Assembly (NCBI GenBank): GCA_050253415.1
Contig: JBFWJC010000002.1
Coordinates: forward strand, 704,725 to 768,724
Length of the DNA: 64,000 bases
Origin: Pedobacter sp.
Lineage (GTDB): Bacteria > Desulfobacterota > Desulfuromonadia > Desulfuromonadales > Syntrophotaleaceae
Direction of reading: 5' to 3'
Position numbers and translations under genes: made by a program. Under the pieces are notes generated by a model. It made no database searches, had not been told where the DNA came from, and was given only the letters and a program-made list of their open reading frames with translations. Positions 43,957 to 53,429 of the stretch are shown here, in pieces (the first letter of the stretch is position 1; every line of letters begins with the position of its first letter).

Positions 43957-45087
43957 TCAGTGAAGAGAATTTCCCTGATTCAATGAACGTATCTGGGCTT
44001 CCGTGTAGTCGTCAAACCAGTATGCTTGCGGATTACGTTTGAACGCCAGGAGTTCATCGAGTCTCTGTCTGGAGTCTGCCGGGCGGTGATAGCGGAAAAA
44101 AATCTGATCCTTTGTCAGGCCTGCAACCTCAATTTTACCGGTAACATGAGACATGGCGTACCGACTGCGGCGAGCGAGCCCGGAGCAGGCTTTGAGGGCC
44201 TCGGCAAAAACTCCATAGCCTTTTTCGATGGGGACGGTGTAGGCGGCATTGCCTTCAGTGGGGCGGCATTGGAAAACATAGTAGGGCGCAATGCCGAGAT
44301 ATGACAATTCGTTGAGCAACTTCGATAAAACTCTGGGGTTATCATTGACGCCTTGGATCATGGGCGTCTGATGCATGATACTCACTCCGCATTTTTGTAT
44401 CTGGTCCAGTGCGCGCCGTGCTTCGGGTGTCAGTTCCCTGGGGTGATTGAACTGCGCCATAAGGTAGATCCGTCGATCAGACAAACTATGGGTTTTGAAC
44501 ATCTGCAGAAGTTCCGGATCATCCAGAATGCGAAAAGGATTAAAGGCAAGCATTTTGGTGCCTATGCGAATGATCCGCACGTGATCGATAGCGCGCAACT
44601 GCTCGATTATTTCCGTCAGTTTGTGCGTTGAAAGGAGCAGAGGATCCCCTCCTGTAACAAGCACATTATTGATTTCAGGGTGTTTGCGAATGTATTCCAA
44701 CCCACCGGAAACATCCCTTGCCACTTCCTGATTGTCCTCCATAAAAAGGCGCTTGCGAAAACAGAACCTGCATAAAGCTCCGCAGACATCGCTCACCAGC
44801 AGTACCGCCGTGTCGGCATATTTGTGCTCAAGTCCCGGAGCTTTGGCATAATGAGATTCGCCGGATGCGTCAAGAGCCCCCCAGGGTTCAAGCTCGTCCG
44901 TACTGGGAATAACAATGCGGCGAATAGGATCCTTTGGGTCATCCCAGTCGATGAGTGATTGGTAGTACCCGTTAGTCCGGAAAGCATAGCGTTCTTCGAC
45001 AACGCGCAGATTCTGACGCTGCTTATCGCTCAATGCTTCCAGTTCAGGAATCTGATCAATGCTTGTGATGTACTTCCTGTAGCTCAT
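43957..45087 (-). CDS. KamA-family radical SAM protein (aminomutase-like)
   Basis: GLEHKY, CGALCRFCFRK, LVTGGDPL, IIRIGT, FNHPRE and GVND motifs. Confidence 0.88.
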   Translation of the reverse strand: MSYRKYITSIDQIPELEALSDKQRQNLRVVEERYAFRTNGYYQSLIDWDDPKDPIRRIVIPSTDELEPWGALDASGESHYAKAPGLEHKYADTAVLLVSDVCGALCRFCFRKRLFMEDNQEVARDVSGGLEYIRKHPEINNVLVTGGDPLLLSTHKLTEIIEQLRAIDHVRIIRIGTKMLAFNPFRILDDPELLQMFKTHSLSDRRIYLMAQFNHPRELTPEARRALDQIQKCGVSIMHQTPMIQGVNDNPRVLSKLLNELSYLGIAPYYVFQCRPTEGNAAYTVPIEKGYGVFAEALKACSGLARRSRYAMSHVTGKIEVAGLTKDQIFFRYHRPADSRQRLDELLAFKRNPQAYWFDDYTEAQIRSLNQGNSLH

Positions 45088-45680
45088 GCGTCCTCCTTTC
45101 CCATAATATTACCGGCTCAAAATGGGGGCAGGTGTACCTTGTCCTCGAGATAATCGAGCATATAAGGCTGGGCCTTGAAAATAGGCACTGCACACCGGCA
45201 AAGGGGAATTCGTGGTGTTGGTAGAATGAAAACTGCGGAACGTTTTTGAAAGTGGCTTACTGATTCGAGGTGTTGTGTTTAATTGCGATCCCAGCGTTTT
45301 TATGGCTTGATTTCAGCTATTGTGGCTGATTTTGTTTTATAGAGCATAACACGGTTTTTTAAGTTAATCAACATCTTGCTTCTATCTTGTTTTTCAATAT
45401 ATCACTTGCTGAAATTGTCAGAAAAATAAGCCTAATTTTATTTTTTATCGGTTTGCCTGATAAAAATATATTTTATGTAGCCTTTTTTGGATTATGCATA
45501 CACATGTTGGGGAATGGTGACCTGGGTTTGGTATTTATTTCGATGGGTTGTGCAAAGGGGGTAGGGTCCTTCACTTTTTTGCGAGATATTTTCAAAACAA
45601 CAAAATTAGACACCAAAATAGGTTCTCCAGGGTTATTTTTGGTAAGTAATGGTAAGGTATTTATTATTTTATGAAGCCTA

Positions 45681-45710
45681 TTGACCATAAAAAACTTAGA
45701 GTGATATAGT
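45681..45710 (+). promoter_or_regulatory. Sigma70-like promoter with extended -10
   Basis: TTGACC -18 nt- TATAGT with a TGn extension (TGATATAGT). Confidence 0.55.
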
Positions 45711-45713
45711 GCT

Positions 45714-45875
45714 AAACACTAAATGTGCGACGGGTATTTGTGGGTCGCAGATCGAGTGTTTGACAGTCTCCCCGGCCACTATTCCGAATGTGGCTTTTTT
45801 CTCCTCCTCCTGATATCTGGTCGTTGCTTACGGCCCCCTGGCCAGCGCGCTTATCAGCGGCGCTGGCTTTTTTTT
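45714..45875 (+). ncRNA. Candidate ~160 nt small RNA
   Basis: Promoter upstream, two stem-loops, a single-stranded CTCCTCCTCC tract and the terminator GCCAGCGC...GCGCTGGC-T8. Confidence 0.5.
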
Positions 45876-46141
45876 GTTGAGATCCTAAAAGACATGTTCT
45901 CTCATCGGGTCACATTGACTTTCCCTAAGTAATATAATTTATTGTTTCAACGTGGGCACGTTTGTTATAGTGCCCCGGCATTCGGTCTCAGGCAATTATG
46001 CCCAAGTCTGGAACTGGTGCGTTGTTTCACGTTTCGTGCATTGTGTTTAGCGCATCGTGCCGGATGCGTTAGGTTTGACATCAGTCATGCAAACTTTGCG
46101 ATTCGGCAGTTTAACTCAGTTATTACCATAGGGAGTATGCC

Positions 46142-46948
46142 ATGGCCGGCAGACATGAGGTGCAGAACAAGTTACAGGGTGAAACCTTGGGACGTAAAGG
46201 TTTGATGAAAAAACATGATCATATTCAGCCGATGCGTTTGGTTCCGGATTTACAGGTGGTGAAGATCGGAGGGCATGGCACCATCGATTTTGGGCGTGAG
46301 GTTGTCATGCCGCTGCTTGAGGAGATTGGCGAACAGGTTAAGAACCATAAAATGCTGGTGGTAACCGGCGGAGGGGTCAGGGTGCGCCACATTCTCGATG
46401 TGGGCATTGACCTCGGTATGCCTACGGGAGTGCTTGCGAAACTGGCTAGCAAAATTAGTGAACAGAATGCGGAAATGGTTGCGTTGCTTCTTTCAAAATG
46501 GGGTGGAACGCATATCGACAGCGGCGACATTCTTGAACTGCCTATGTTGCTTAAGCTGGGGTTCTTGCCTGTAACCCATGGGACTCCTCCGTATGGACTG
46601 TTTGAACATCCGCCGGAGTTCGGGTTGATACCTCCTCATCGCACCGATACGGGGGCCTTTTTGATGGCAGAAGTTCTCGGAGCCAAAAGTTGCATCCTGG
46701 TGAAAAACGTGGATGGACTTTACACTGAAAATCCTACGGTCAATCCGGATGCCGAATTGATCGAAGACATAACCGTGGATGAGTTAATCGCGATGGATAT
46801 GGAGGATATGGTAATGGAAAGCAAATTGCTGTATCTGCTTAAGGATGCAAACAGTCTCAAAGAATTGCGAATCGTCAATGGCCACAAGCGTGGAAATGTG
46901 GAAAAAGCACTGCGTGGAGAAAAGGTCGGCACGATCATCCGTGTCTAG
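46142..46948 (+). CDS. Molybdenum storage protein (MoSto MosA/MosB)-like, UMP-kinase fold
   Basis: RLVPDLQVVKIGG, TGGGVRVRH...GIDLGMPTGVLA, PPY, IPPHRTDTGAFL, KNVDGLYT.NP and VNG...AL.GE.VGTII match motifs recalled from Azotobacter MosA/MosB. Confidence 0.85.
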   Translation: MAGRHEVQNKLQGETLGRKGLMKKHDHIQPMRLVPDLQVVKIGGHGTIDFGREVVMPLLEEIGEQVKNHKMLVVTGGGVRVRHILDVGIDLGMPTGVLAKLASKISEQNAEMVALLLSKWGGTHIDSGDILELPMLLKLGFLPVTHGTPPYGLFEHPPEFGLIPPHRTDTGAFLMAEVLGAKSCILVKNVDGLYTENPTVNPDAELIEDITVDELIAMDMEDMVMESKLLYLLKDANSLKELRIVNGHKRGNVEKALRGEKVGTIIRV

Positions 46949-47047
46949 GTATGATTTGTGTTGAAGCTCCTGCTGCCTCATGGTATAGCTCAAACATCAT
47001 GTATCTACCGCTACTGAAGAGCGGTATACCCTAGACAGGAGGCAACA

Positions 47048-47257
47048 ATGAGTGGAAAGATTTTTTATCGTGAGCGGCGTAAGGTCGTCGACGGAGGCAA
47101 GCAGCCGCGCTATGTGCTGGTAGCTGTGGCGGATGTCAATCTGAAGGTATTCGGAAAGCACCTGCGGATGAGTGAAATGAAAGCCATTGCTGAAGCCACC
47201 GGTGCCGAGTTGGTGCCACTGCCGCGCGGCAGCAAGCACGCGGAAGAAGAAGAATAA
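47048..47257 (+). CDS. Small conserved protein, probable HgtR-like transcriptional repressor
   Basis: 69 aa, AGGAGG ribosome-binding site, terminator downstream. MSGKIFYRERRK...PRY.LVAV...HLRMSE...GAELV resembles Geobacter HgtR from recall only. Confidence 0.6.
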   Translation: MSGKIFYRERRKVVDGGKQPRYVLVAVADVNLKVFGKHLRMSEMKAIAEATGAELVPLPRGSKHAEEEE

Positions 47258-47277
47258 ACAAGCCGTTTGTCAGCTAT

Positions 47278-47319
47278 AAAAAAACAGCCTCCGCCTTTAT
47301 GGGCGGAGGCTGTTTTTTT
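47278..47319. terminator. Bidirectional intrinsic terminator
   Basis: A-run CAGCCTCCGCC-TTTATG-GGCGGAGGCTG T-run between convergent genes. Confidence 0.88.
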
Positions 47320-47355
47320 ATGGCGAAGACCATGACCTTTGTTCTCTGGAGAGGT

Positions 47356-48915
47356 TTAATCCCAGGAATCGATTTTCATGGTGCCGTGGGTGGCAAGGTT
47401 TTGCTGCATGCGGAATACCCGGTCCAGCAGGTGCGGTTCGTGGCCGACTCCGCGGGAGAGGCAGTCTTGGCTGGCGCGGTCGAAATAATCTTGCAGCAGA
47501 GGGCGATAATCCGGATGAGCGCACTTGTCGATGATCAGTTGTGCGCGATCGCGGGGGCACAACCCCCTCAAGTCGGCCAAGCCCTGTTCGGTGACCAGGA
47601 CGTCGAGGTCGTGCTCCGTATGGTCGACATGGGGGACCATCGGTACTACACAGGTGATGCCGGTGGGGTCGGTTTTGGTGGGGCGGACCGATGGGGAGTG
47701 CATGATCGACAAAAAGGCGTTGCGCAGAAAGTCGCCGGAGCCGCCGATGCCGTTGATCATACGCGTGCCCCCTACCAGGGTTGAGTTAGCATGTGCATAC
47801 ATGTCGAATTCCACCGGGGTGTTCATGGCGATTACGCCGAGGCGTCGGATCATCTCGGGGTTGTTGGCCAGTTGCTGCGGGCGCAACACGATCTTGCGCG
47901 TGTATTCGTCCCATTTGTTGTAAAACCGTTCAAAGCCATTGGCAGAGAAAGACAGGGACGTGGCTGAGGCATAATCCAGCTTTCCCGAGTCGAAAAAGTC
48001 GAGCATAGTATCTTGCAACACTTCGGTATAAACCGTCAGATTGCTGAAAGGACCTTTGACCAGGTCACCGACCACGGCATTGGCAATATTGCCGACCCCC
48101 GATTGCAAAGGCAACAAGTTAGCCGGAAGTCGTCCAGCCTTGACCTCGGCCTGGAAGAAATCGAGAATATGATCGGCAATTTTCTGGGAGATGGCATCTG
48201 TTGCTCCCAGCGAGCGGCCTTTGTCAGGTTCCCGTGATTCGACGATGGCGATGATCTTTGACGTGTCGCAGGGTACATAGGTGGTGCCGATGCGGTCGCC
48301 GACCCGGCTGATCAGGTAGGGCTGGCGATGGGGTGGCATTTCCGGAAGCACGATATCATGCAGGCCCTCGTAGGAGGGGATGGAGGTGTTCAGCTCGATG
48401 ATAAGATGCTCAGCGGTTTGGATAATCTCAGGAGCGATGCCTACAGATCCGGCCAGGATAATGTGGCCCTCCTCGGTAATGGCACTTGCTTCAATGATGC
48501 CGAGATCCAGTTTGCCCCCGAGGTCCTTGGTATAAAATCCGTAACCCAGATCCTGGGCGAACATGGAAAGGTGCTTGTCGTGCATGCGAATGCGACCGGA
48601 GTTGATCCCCTTCTGGATATTCTTGCCGCTCTGGTAAGGCCAGCGCCTGGCTATCATATCGAGGGAAGCCCAGCGGTCTTCCGTTTCGGTTCCGACGGAA
48701 GCGCCGATGAGCAGGTTGAAGCGCATCTTACCCTGAAGATTGTATTTTTCCACATAATCAGCCAGTGCTTTGGGAATGGCTTTGGGGTATCCGACGGGGG
48801 TGAATCCGGACCAGCCCAGGTTCATACCGTCTTTGAAGTGGGGAAGAACATCTTCAACGGACCGGATACGGTCCAATAGTTGTGGGCAGGCTATGCGGTC
48901 ATGCAGGGTAGACAT
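47356..48915 (-). CDS. Succinyl-CoA:acetate CoA-transferase / acetyl-CoA hydrolase family
   Basis: SGFTPVGYPK, PLQSGVGNIANA, EVLQD (catalytic Glu), NGIGGSGDF and VTEQGLADLRGL motifs. Start refined to ATG 48915. Confidence 0.93.
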   Translation of the reverse strand: MSTLHDRIACPQLLDRIRSVEDVLPHFKDGMNLGWSGFTPVGYPKAIPKALADYVEKYNLQGKMRFNLLIGASVGTETEDRWASLDMIARRWPYQSGKNIQKGINSGRIRMHDKHLSMFAQDLGYGFYTKDLGGKLDLGIIEASAITEEGHIILAGSVGIAPEIIQTAEHLIIELNTSIPSYEGLHDIVLPEMPPHRQPYLISRVGDRIGTTYVPCDTSKIIAIVESREPDKGRSLGATDAISQKIADHILDFFQAEVKAGRLPANLLPLQSGVGNIANAVVGDLVKGPFSNLTVYTEVLQDTMLDFFDSGKLDYASATSLSFSANGFERFYNKWDEYTRKIVLRPQQLANNPEMIRRLGVIAMNTPVEFDMYAHANSTLVGGTRMINGIGGSGDFLRNAFLSIMHSPSVRPTKTDPTGITCVVPMVPHVDHTEHDLDVLVTEQGLADLRGLCPRDRAQLIIDKCAHPDYRPLLQDYFDRASQDCLSRGVGHEPHLLDRVFRMQQNLATHGTMKIDSWD

Positions 48916-49153
48916 GGTTGAACTCCTCGGTCTGTTGCTTCGGGCCGGGAACTCGCGATCACATGCGCAATGACGCACGGGGTGACTTGTTCTTCAGGTA
49001 ATCTGCTAAACAGAAGGCCGAAGCGGCAACGGACCGGCTTGATATGGCCGGTCCGTTGCATTATGTCAGGTATATACAACGTCGTTGCGATTTCAGTGGT
49101 AGGCGGCTGTTGGTCACAGGGCGTGACAGCACCACGGCGAAGTTCGCGTTATA

Positions 49154-49891
49154 TCAGAATTCCTCACGCAGCAGTGTCTTGGCTTTTGCGGCGAGAGGGC
49201 TGCGTGGAAAGTCGGCAATCAGGTTCTCAAAAGTAGCCACAGCCAGGTTGGGGTGGCCGTTTTTAAGGAAAGTATTACCCAGATAGAAGTATGCCTGATC
49301 TTTTTCCGGGCTATCGGGAAATTTTTGCAGCAACTCGGAGAGCCGGTCGATAGCGGCCTTGTGCTCGTCCATTTTGTAATAGAAGATGCCGACATACAAT
49401 TCGTTGGCGGCAAGGTGGTTACGGCAGGCACGAATTCTGTCGGGAGCGACGCTGCTCTCGGGTGCATTGGGGTAAAGTTTAACCAGGCTTTCAAATGTCA
49501 CCAGCGCGTTGCGGGTTGCTGTCTGGTCCCGGTCGATGGCAAGGATCTGATTGAAATAGGATTCGCCGAGTTGGGACAGGACCCTTGCAGACTGGGGTGT
49601 GCCCGGATGACGCTTCAGGAAATCCTCGTAACCGGCAGCGGCCTCGACATACTCTTTATCGGCAAAGTGTGCATCGGCGATGCGCAGTTCCGCGCGTCTG
49701 TTCAATTCTGCTGTTTCGTAGATCTCCATGGCCTTTTCGTACGCCTTGATGGCATCCTGGTAGTCTTCGTTGGCAAACGCCATCTCCGCTTTGTTGTAAT
49801 ACTCCTCGGCAGTTTGAGGCTCCACGGAACCGGTGGTCGAACAGGCGGTAAGTATGCACAAAACGGATAAAGTGGCAAAAATAGCTTTCAT
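49154..49891 (-). CDS. bamD: Outer membrane protein assembly factor BamD
   Basis: Lipobox LTAC, TPR repeats, FLKRHP, DRDQT, YP and LAANELYVG.FY motifs. Start refined to ATG 49891. Confidence 0.88.
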   Translation of the reverse strand: MKAIFATLSVLCILTACSTTGSVEPQTAEEYYNKAEMAFANEDYQDAIKAYEKAMEIYETAELNRRAELRIADAHFADKEYVEAAAGYEDFLKRHPGTPQSARVLSQLGESYFNQILAIDRDQTATRNALVTFESLVKLYPNAPESSVAPDRIRACRNHLAANELYVGIFYYKMDEHKAAIDRLSELLQKFPDSPEKDQAYFYLGNTFLKNGHPNLAVATFENLIADFPRSPLAAKAKTLLREEF

Positions 49892-50155
49892 GAAGTGTCT
49901 TCCCCGCCTTCTATGGAGTGTCATCGGATTCAGTTCAAAATCGTCAATCGCGTATCGCACGGAATAAGAAAATATAGCGATGGAATTTAGTCGGTTTGAT
50001 TGGTCACCGCCCCGGGTTCCGTGAAAGCCGGGGCGATAAGATGTTTTCGAGAGGAACCTTGCTCAAGCAACAAGCCCGCTAAAGGTAAGGGATTTTCCCT
50101 GAATTGTCAATCGTCAGCACGCATGCAAACGACCACTCCTGAACCTGATAGGCCT

Positions 50156-51016
50156 TTAGTTGGTCAGCAGGGCGGGGGAGTTGGAGGTCAGCGCTTTGCG
50201 AAGTTTCTCCAAGGCATTTTTTTCCAACTGACGGATTCGCTCGCGACTGATACCGTAGTCGTCCGCAAGGGCCTGCAGGGTGCAGGGCTCGTCGCTAAGA
50301 ATGCGATCCTCGACAATACGGCGTTCTCGTTCGTTCAGGTGGCACATGGCATCGTGGACGCGTGATGCCTTTAATTCTTTTTCCTGGTTGTTGATCAACA
50401 GATCTTCCTGGTTCTCACGTTCGTCAGGTAGGGAGTCGAGCAGGCTGAATCCCTCCCCTTCGATAAGGGTGGCATCCAGTGATGTGTCGCGACCCGCCAT
50501 GCGTAGCGACATGTCTTCAACCTCTTTGTCTCTGACATTGAGTTCCAGTGCGATAGCCTGGGTGTCGTCGCCGCCGGTCAGGCGCTGTATGGTTTTTCGG
50601 GCCTGGTTGAGTTTGAAAAAGAGTTTTTTCTGGGCCTGGGTGGTCCCAATTTTAACCAGCGACCAGTTGCGAATAATGAAATTATGCATGTAGGCCCGAA
50701 TCCACCAGACAGCATAGGTGATGAAACGCAAACCCCGTTCAGGATCAAATTTTTTCAATGCTTTCATCAGGCCGATATTGCCCTCTTGGATAAGGTCGAG
50801 GAGTTTCAGGCCATAGCCTCGGTATTCGTGGGCAATTTTGACAACAAAGCGCAGGTTGGCGCAAATCAGACGCTGAGCTGCGTCAAGGTTGCCATGGACA
50901 TGGTAGGCGTGTGACAATCGATATTCTTCTTCCTTGGACAGGACTTCAAAGTCCCGGATCTGGGCAATGTAAAGTGACAGGCTGTCCGAAAGGACCGGTA
51001 TTGGCAAGTTGCTCAT
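50156..51016 (-). CDS. rpoH: RNA polymerase sigma-32 factor
   Basis: DLIQEGNIGLM, RpoH box QKKLFFKL and ISRERIRQLE. The AAGGAG ribosome-binding site favours ATG 51016. Confidence 0.95.
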   Translation of the reverse strand: MSNLPIPVLSDSLSLYIAQIRDFEVLSKEEEYRLSHAYHVHGNLDAAQRLICANLRFVVKIAHEYRGYGLKLLDLIQEGNIGLMKALKKFDPERGLRFITYAVWWIRAYMHNFIIRNWSLVKIGTTQAQKKLFFKLNQARKTIQRLTGGDDTQAIALELNVRDKEVEDMSLRMAGRDTSLDATLIEGEGFSLLDSLPDERENQEDLLINNQEKELKASRVHDAMCHLNERERRIVEDRILSDEPCTLQALADDYGISRERIRQLEKNALEKLRKALTSNSPALLTN

Positions 51017-51047
51017 GCGGGCCATCTCCTTTGGGTCAAGTCAAGTT

Positions 51048-51074
51048 TTAGCACTCTATGGTGCCGAGTGCTAA
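51048..51074. promoter_or_regulatory. CIRCE element (HrcA operator) upstream of rpoH
   Basis: Perfect TTAGCACTC-N9-GAGTGCTAA. Confidence 0.97.
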
Positions 51075-51243
51075 ATAGTTATATCAAATCTTGACGGTCC
51101 GTTCAACCCCGAATGGAGGCTGCAGCTTCACCTGCGTCGAGTTGACAGACGCGGGAGGAGGGCACATAATGGGCGACATTCATTCCCGTCTTTAGGCAAC
51201 CCGACCTGCTTGTTTGCCTTCCCACCGACCAAAGGGGTTTTTC

Positions 51244-53034
51244 ATGCTGCCTACTCCCCTCGATACCCTTAGACGGGTTTTCGGGTTTCAATCCTTTCGT
51301 CCCTTTCAGGAAGAAATCGTCAATCGCCTTATTGCAGGGCGGGACGCTTTTGTTCTGATGCCCACCGGAGGAGGCAAGTCGCTTTGCTTTCAACTGCCGG
51401 CACTTCAGCGTAAAGGCCTCGGCATCGTGGTGTCGCCTCTGATTTCGTTGATGAAGGACCAGGTCGATGCATTGCGAACAAACGGGGTCAGAGCTGCCTA
51501 CTATAATTCCTCCCTGGGTCAGAAGGAAGCGCGCCAAGTGCTGGCCGACCTGCATGCCGGGCGTCTTGATTTGCTGTATATTGCCCCTGAACGACTTTTA
51601 AGTGCCGGGTTTCTTGAGCGTTTGCAAGACATCGATATTGCGCTGCTTGCCATAGACGAGGCCCATTGCATTTCTCAATGGGGGCATGATTTCCGCCCTG
51701 AATATACCCAACTTGGCTCGCTTCGAAAGAGTTTTCCCGGAACGCCGATGGTGGCGTTAACCGCTACCGCCGATGACCAGACCCGCAAAGATATTCTGGA
51801 GAGACTCGATCTTAAGCTGGACGATTGTTTCATCACCAGCTTCGATCGTCCGAATATCCGCTATACGGTTTTGGAAAAGCATCAGCCAGCCAGGCAGCTT
51901 ATGACTTTTCTAGGCAGTCGCGGCAGCGAGGCGGGTATCGTCTACGCCCTGAGCCGCAAACGTGTCGAGGAAGTGGCCCGCCGACTGTGCGATGCAGGAC
52001 TGTCTGCTGCTCCTTATCATGCCGGCCTCAGTGATAAGGAACGGCAGCGTGTGCAGGATTTGTTTTTACGGGATGAACTGCAAATCGTGGTAGCGACGGT
52101 GGCCTTCGGCATGGGCATCGACAAATCCAATGTGCGGTTTGTGGTGCACTACGACCTGCCGAAAAATATCGAGAGCTATTACCAGGAAACCGGCAGAGCC
52201 GGTCGTGACGGACTTCCCGCAGAAGCTCTGTTGCTTTTCGGCTACGGCGATATTGCCTTGTGTCGGGGACTGATCGAAAAGGGTAACAACGAACAGCAAA
52301 ACCGTATCGAATTGCATAAACTCAACGCCATGGCGTCCTTTGCCGAGGCTTTGATCTGCAGGCGCCGCGTGTTGTTGGGATACTTCGGAGAGACCGCAAC
52401 GGAAGATTGCGGTAACTGCGATATCTGCCTGCAACCGCCGGAATCCTACGATGCGACCGAGGATGCACGCAAAGCTCTGTCCTGTGTCTTTCGGGTAGGA
52501 CAGCGTTTTGGTGCCGGCCATGTCATCGATGTGCTGCGAGGCACCCGCAATGATCGTATCGTCCGATTGAAGCACGATAGTCTCACCACTTACGGCATTG
52601 GTGGCGACGTCAGCCGGGACGCCTGGGGCAGCCTTTTGCGGCAACTGGTGCACCACGGTTATCTTTATCTGGATGTCGGAAACTATTCGGTGCTGCGACT
52701 GACCGAAAAGGCGCGGCCTTTGCTGCGGGGCGAAGAGACACTGCGGTTGGCCAAACCGCGCGTCAAGATGAAGGTTACGAAAAAAATATCTTCCCGACGA
52801 CATACTGACTTGTCGTATGATCCTGCTCTGTTTGAAGGGTTGCGAGAGCTTCGCAAGCGACTTGCTGAGCGGGACCAGGTGCCTCCTTTTGTGGTCTTCT
52901 CCGATGCGACCCTGGCGGAGATGGCGGCACGGCGACCACGAGACAGCGAAAGTTTCCTCGCCATCAATGGTGTCGGACAGCGCAAGTTGGAACGTTACGG
53001 TGAAGATTTCCTGGCATTGTTGATTGATTACTGA
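51244..53034 (+). CDS. recQ: ATP-dependent DNA helicase RecQ
   Basis: [33 protein letters not shown], Zn-binding CGNCDIC, and RQC plus HRDC regions. Confidence 0.97.
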   Translation: MLPTPLDTLRRVFGFQSFRPFQEEIVNRLIAGRDAFVLMPTGGGKSLCFQLPALQRKGLGIVVSPLISLMKDQVDALRTNGVRAAYYNSSLGQKEARQVLADLHAGRLDLLYIAPERLLSAGFLERLQDIDIALLAIDEAHCISQWGHDFRPEYTQLGSLRKSFPGTPMVALTATADDQTRKDILERLDLKLDDCFITSFDRPNIRYTVLEKHQPARQLMTFLGSRGSEAGIVYALSRKRVEEVARRLCDAGLSAAPYHAGLSDKERQRVQDLFLRDELQIVVATVAFGMGIDKSNVRFVVHYDLPKNIESYYQETGRAGRDGLPAEALLLFGYGDIALCRGLIEKGNNEQQNRIELHKLNAMASFAEALICRRRVLLGYFGETATEDCGNCDICLQPPESYDATEDARKALSCVFRVGQRFGAGHVIDVLRGTRNDRIVRLKHDSLTTYGIGGDVSRDAWGSLLRQLVHHGYLYLDVGNYSVLRLTEKARPLLRGEETLRLAKPRVKMKVTKKISSRRHTDLSYDPALFEGLRELRKRLAERDQVPPFVVFSDATLAEMAARRPRDSESFLAINGVGQRKLERYGEDFLALLIDY

Positions 53035-53067
53035 AGGAGCGGAGGGAGGTTAAAACCCTTCTTTTTT

Positions 53068-53372
53068 ACCACGAAGATCGCGAAGGACACGAAGAAGCCA
53101 TATATTAAAGTTTCGCAGCGGAAATTTGCTTGTTGATCCAAAAAGAGGTGGTGACACAAACTTTTATCTCCTGCTCCCTTCGTGATCTTCGAGTCCTTAT
53201 ATGTTGATGATCATTGTCCTCTGCAATCTTGTTTTTACTGGGATATGCAAGATGATCAGGATAAACCCCTAAACCCAAGGCCGTTGGTTTTCATCCTGTC
53301 TATCCTGGATATCCCTGTTCGTAGTGGTTTTATCGTTATCGGAATTTCTTCATGTCCTTCGCAATCTTCGTG
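53068..53372. repeat. Nested nonamer-based inverted-repeat element (MITE-like)
   Basis: Outer 25 bp inverted repeat at 53070-53094 and 53348-53372 (2 mismatches), a third arm at 53178-53206, and an inner inverted pair at 53240-53265 and 53289-53318. Confidence 0.7.
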
Positions 53373-53429
53373 CTGGGATGAATGCACTTATTGAGTTGAT
53401 GCGGATTTAGAAAATGAGGTGAGGCAGAA

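Noticed and set aside
43957..45087. epmB or ablA call
   Set aside because: There is no efp, epmA or ablB neighbour, and the C-terminal motif diverges. Left at family level.
45387..46205. Short ORFs in the AT-rich spacer (45387-45674, 45473-45688, 45723-45932, 45942-46205)
   Set aside because: None has a clear ribosome-binding site or recognisable motif, and one reads through a strong terminator.
46142..46948. Uridylate kinase (pyrH) call
   Set aside because: It lacks the KLSGE and GGGN.FRG motifs and the tsf/frr context. The motifs fit MoSto.
49970..49982. ATATAGCGAT ModE-like half site upstream of bamD, and an ATAACG half site near 2729
   Set aside because: Neither has a matching second half at the right spacing. 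The bamD one is explained as a -10 box.
53068..53372. CRISPR array interpretation of the repeats
   Set aside because: The repeats are inverted or short-period, with no identical direct repeats separated by unique spacers and no cas genes.
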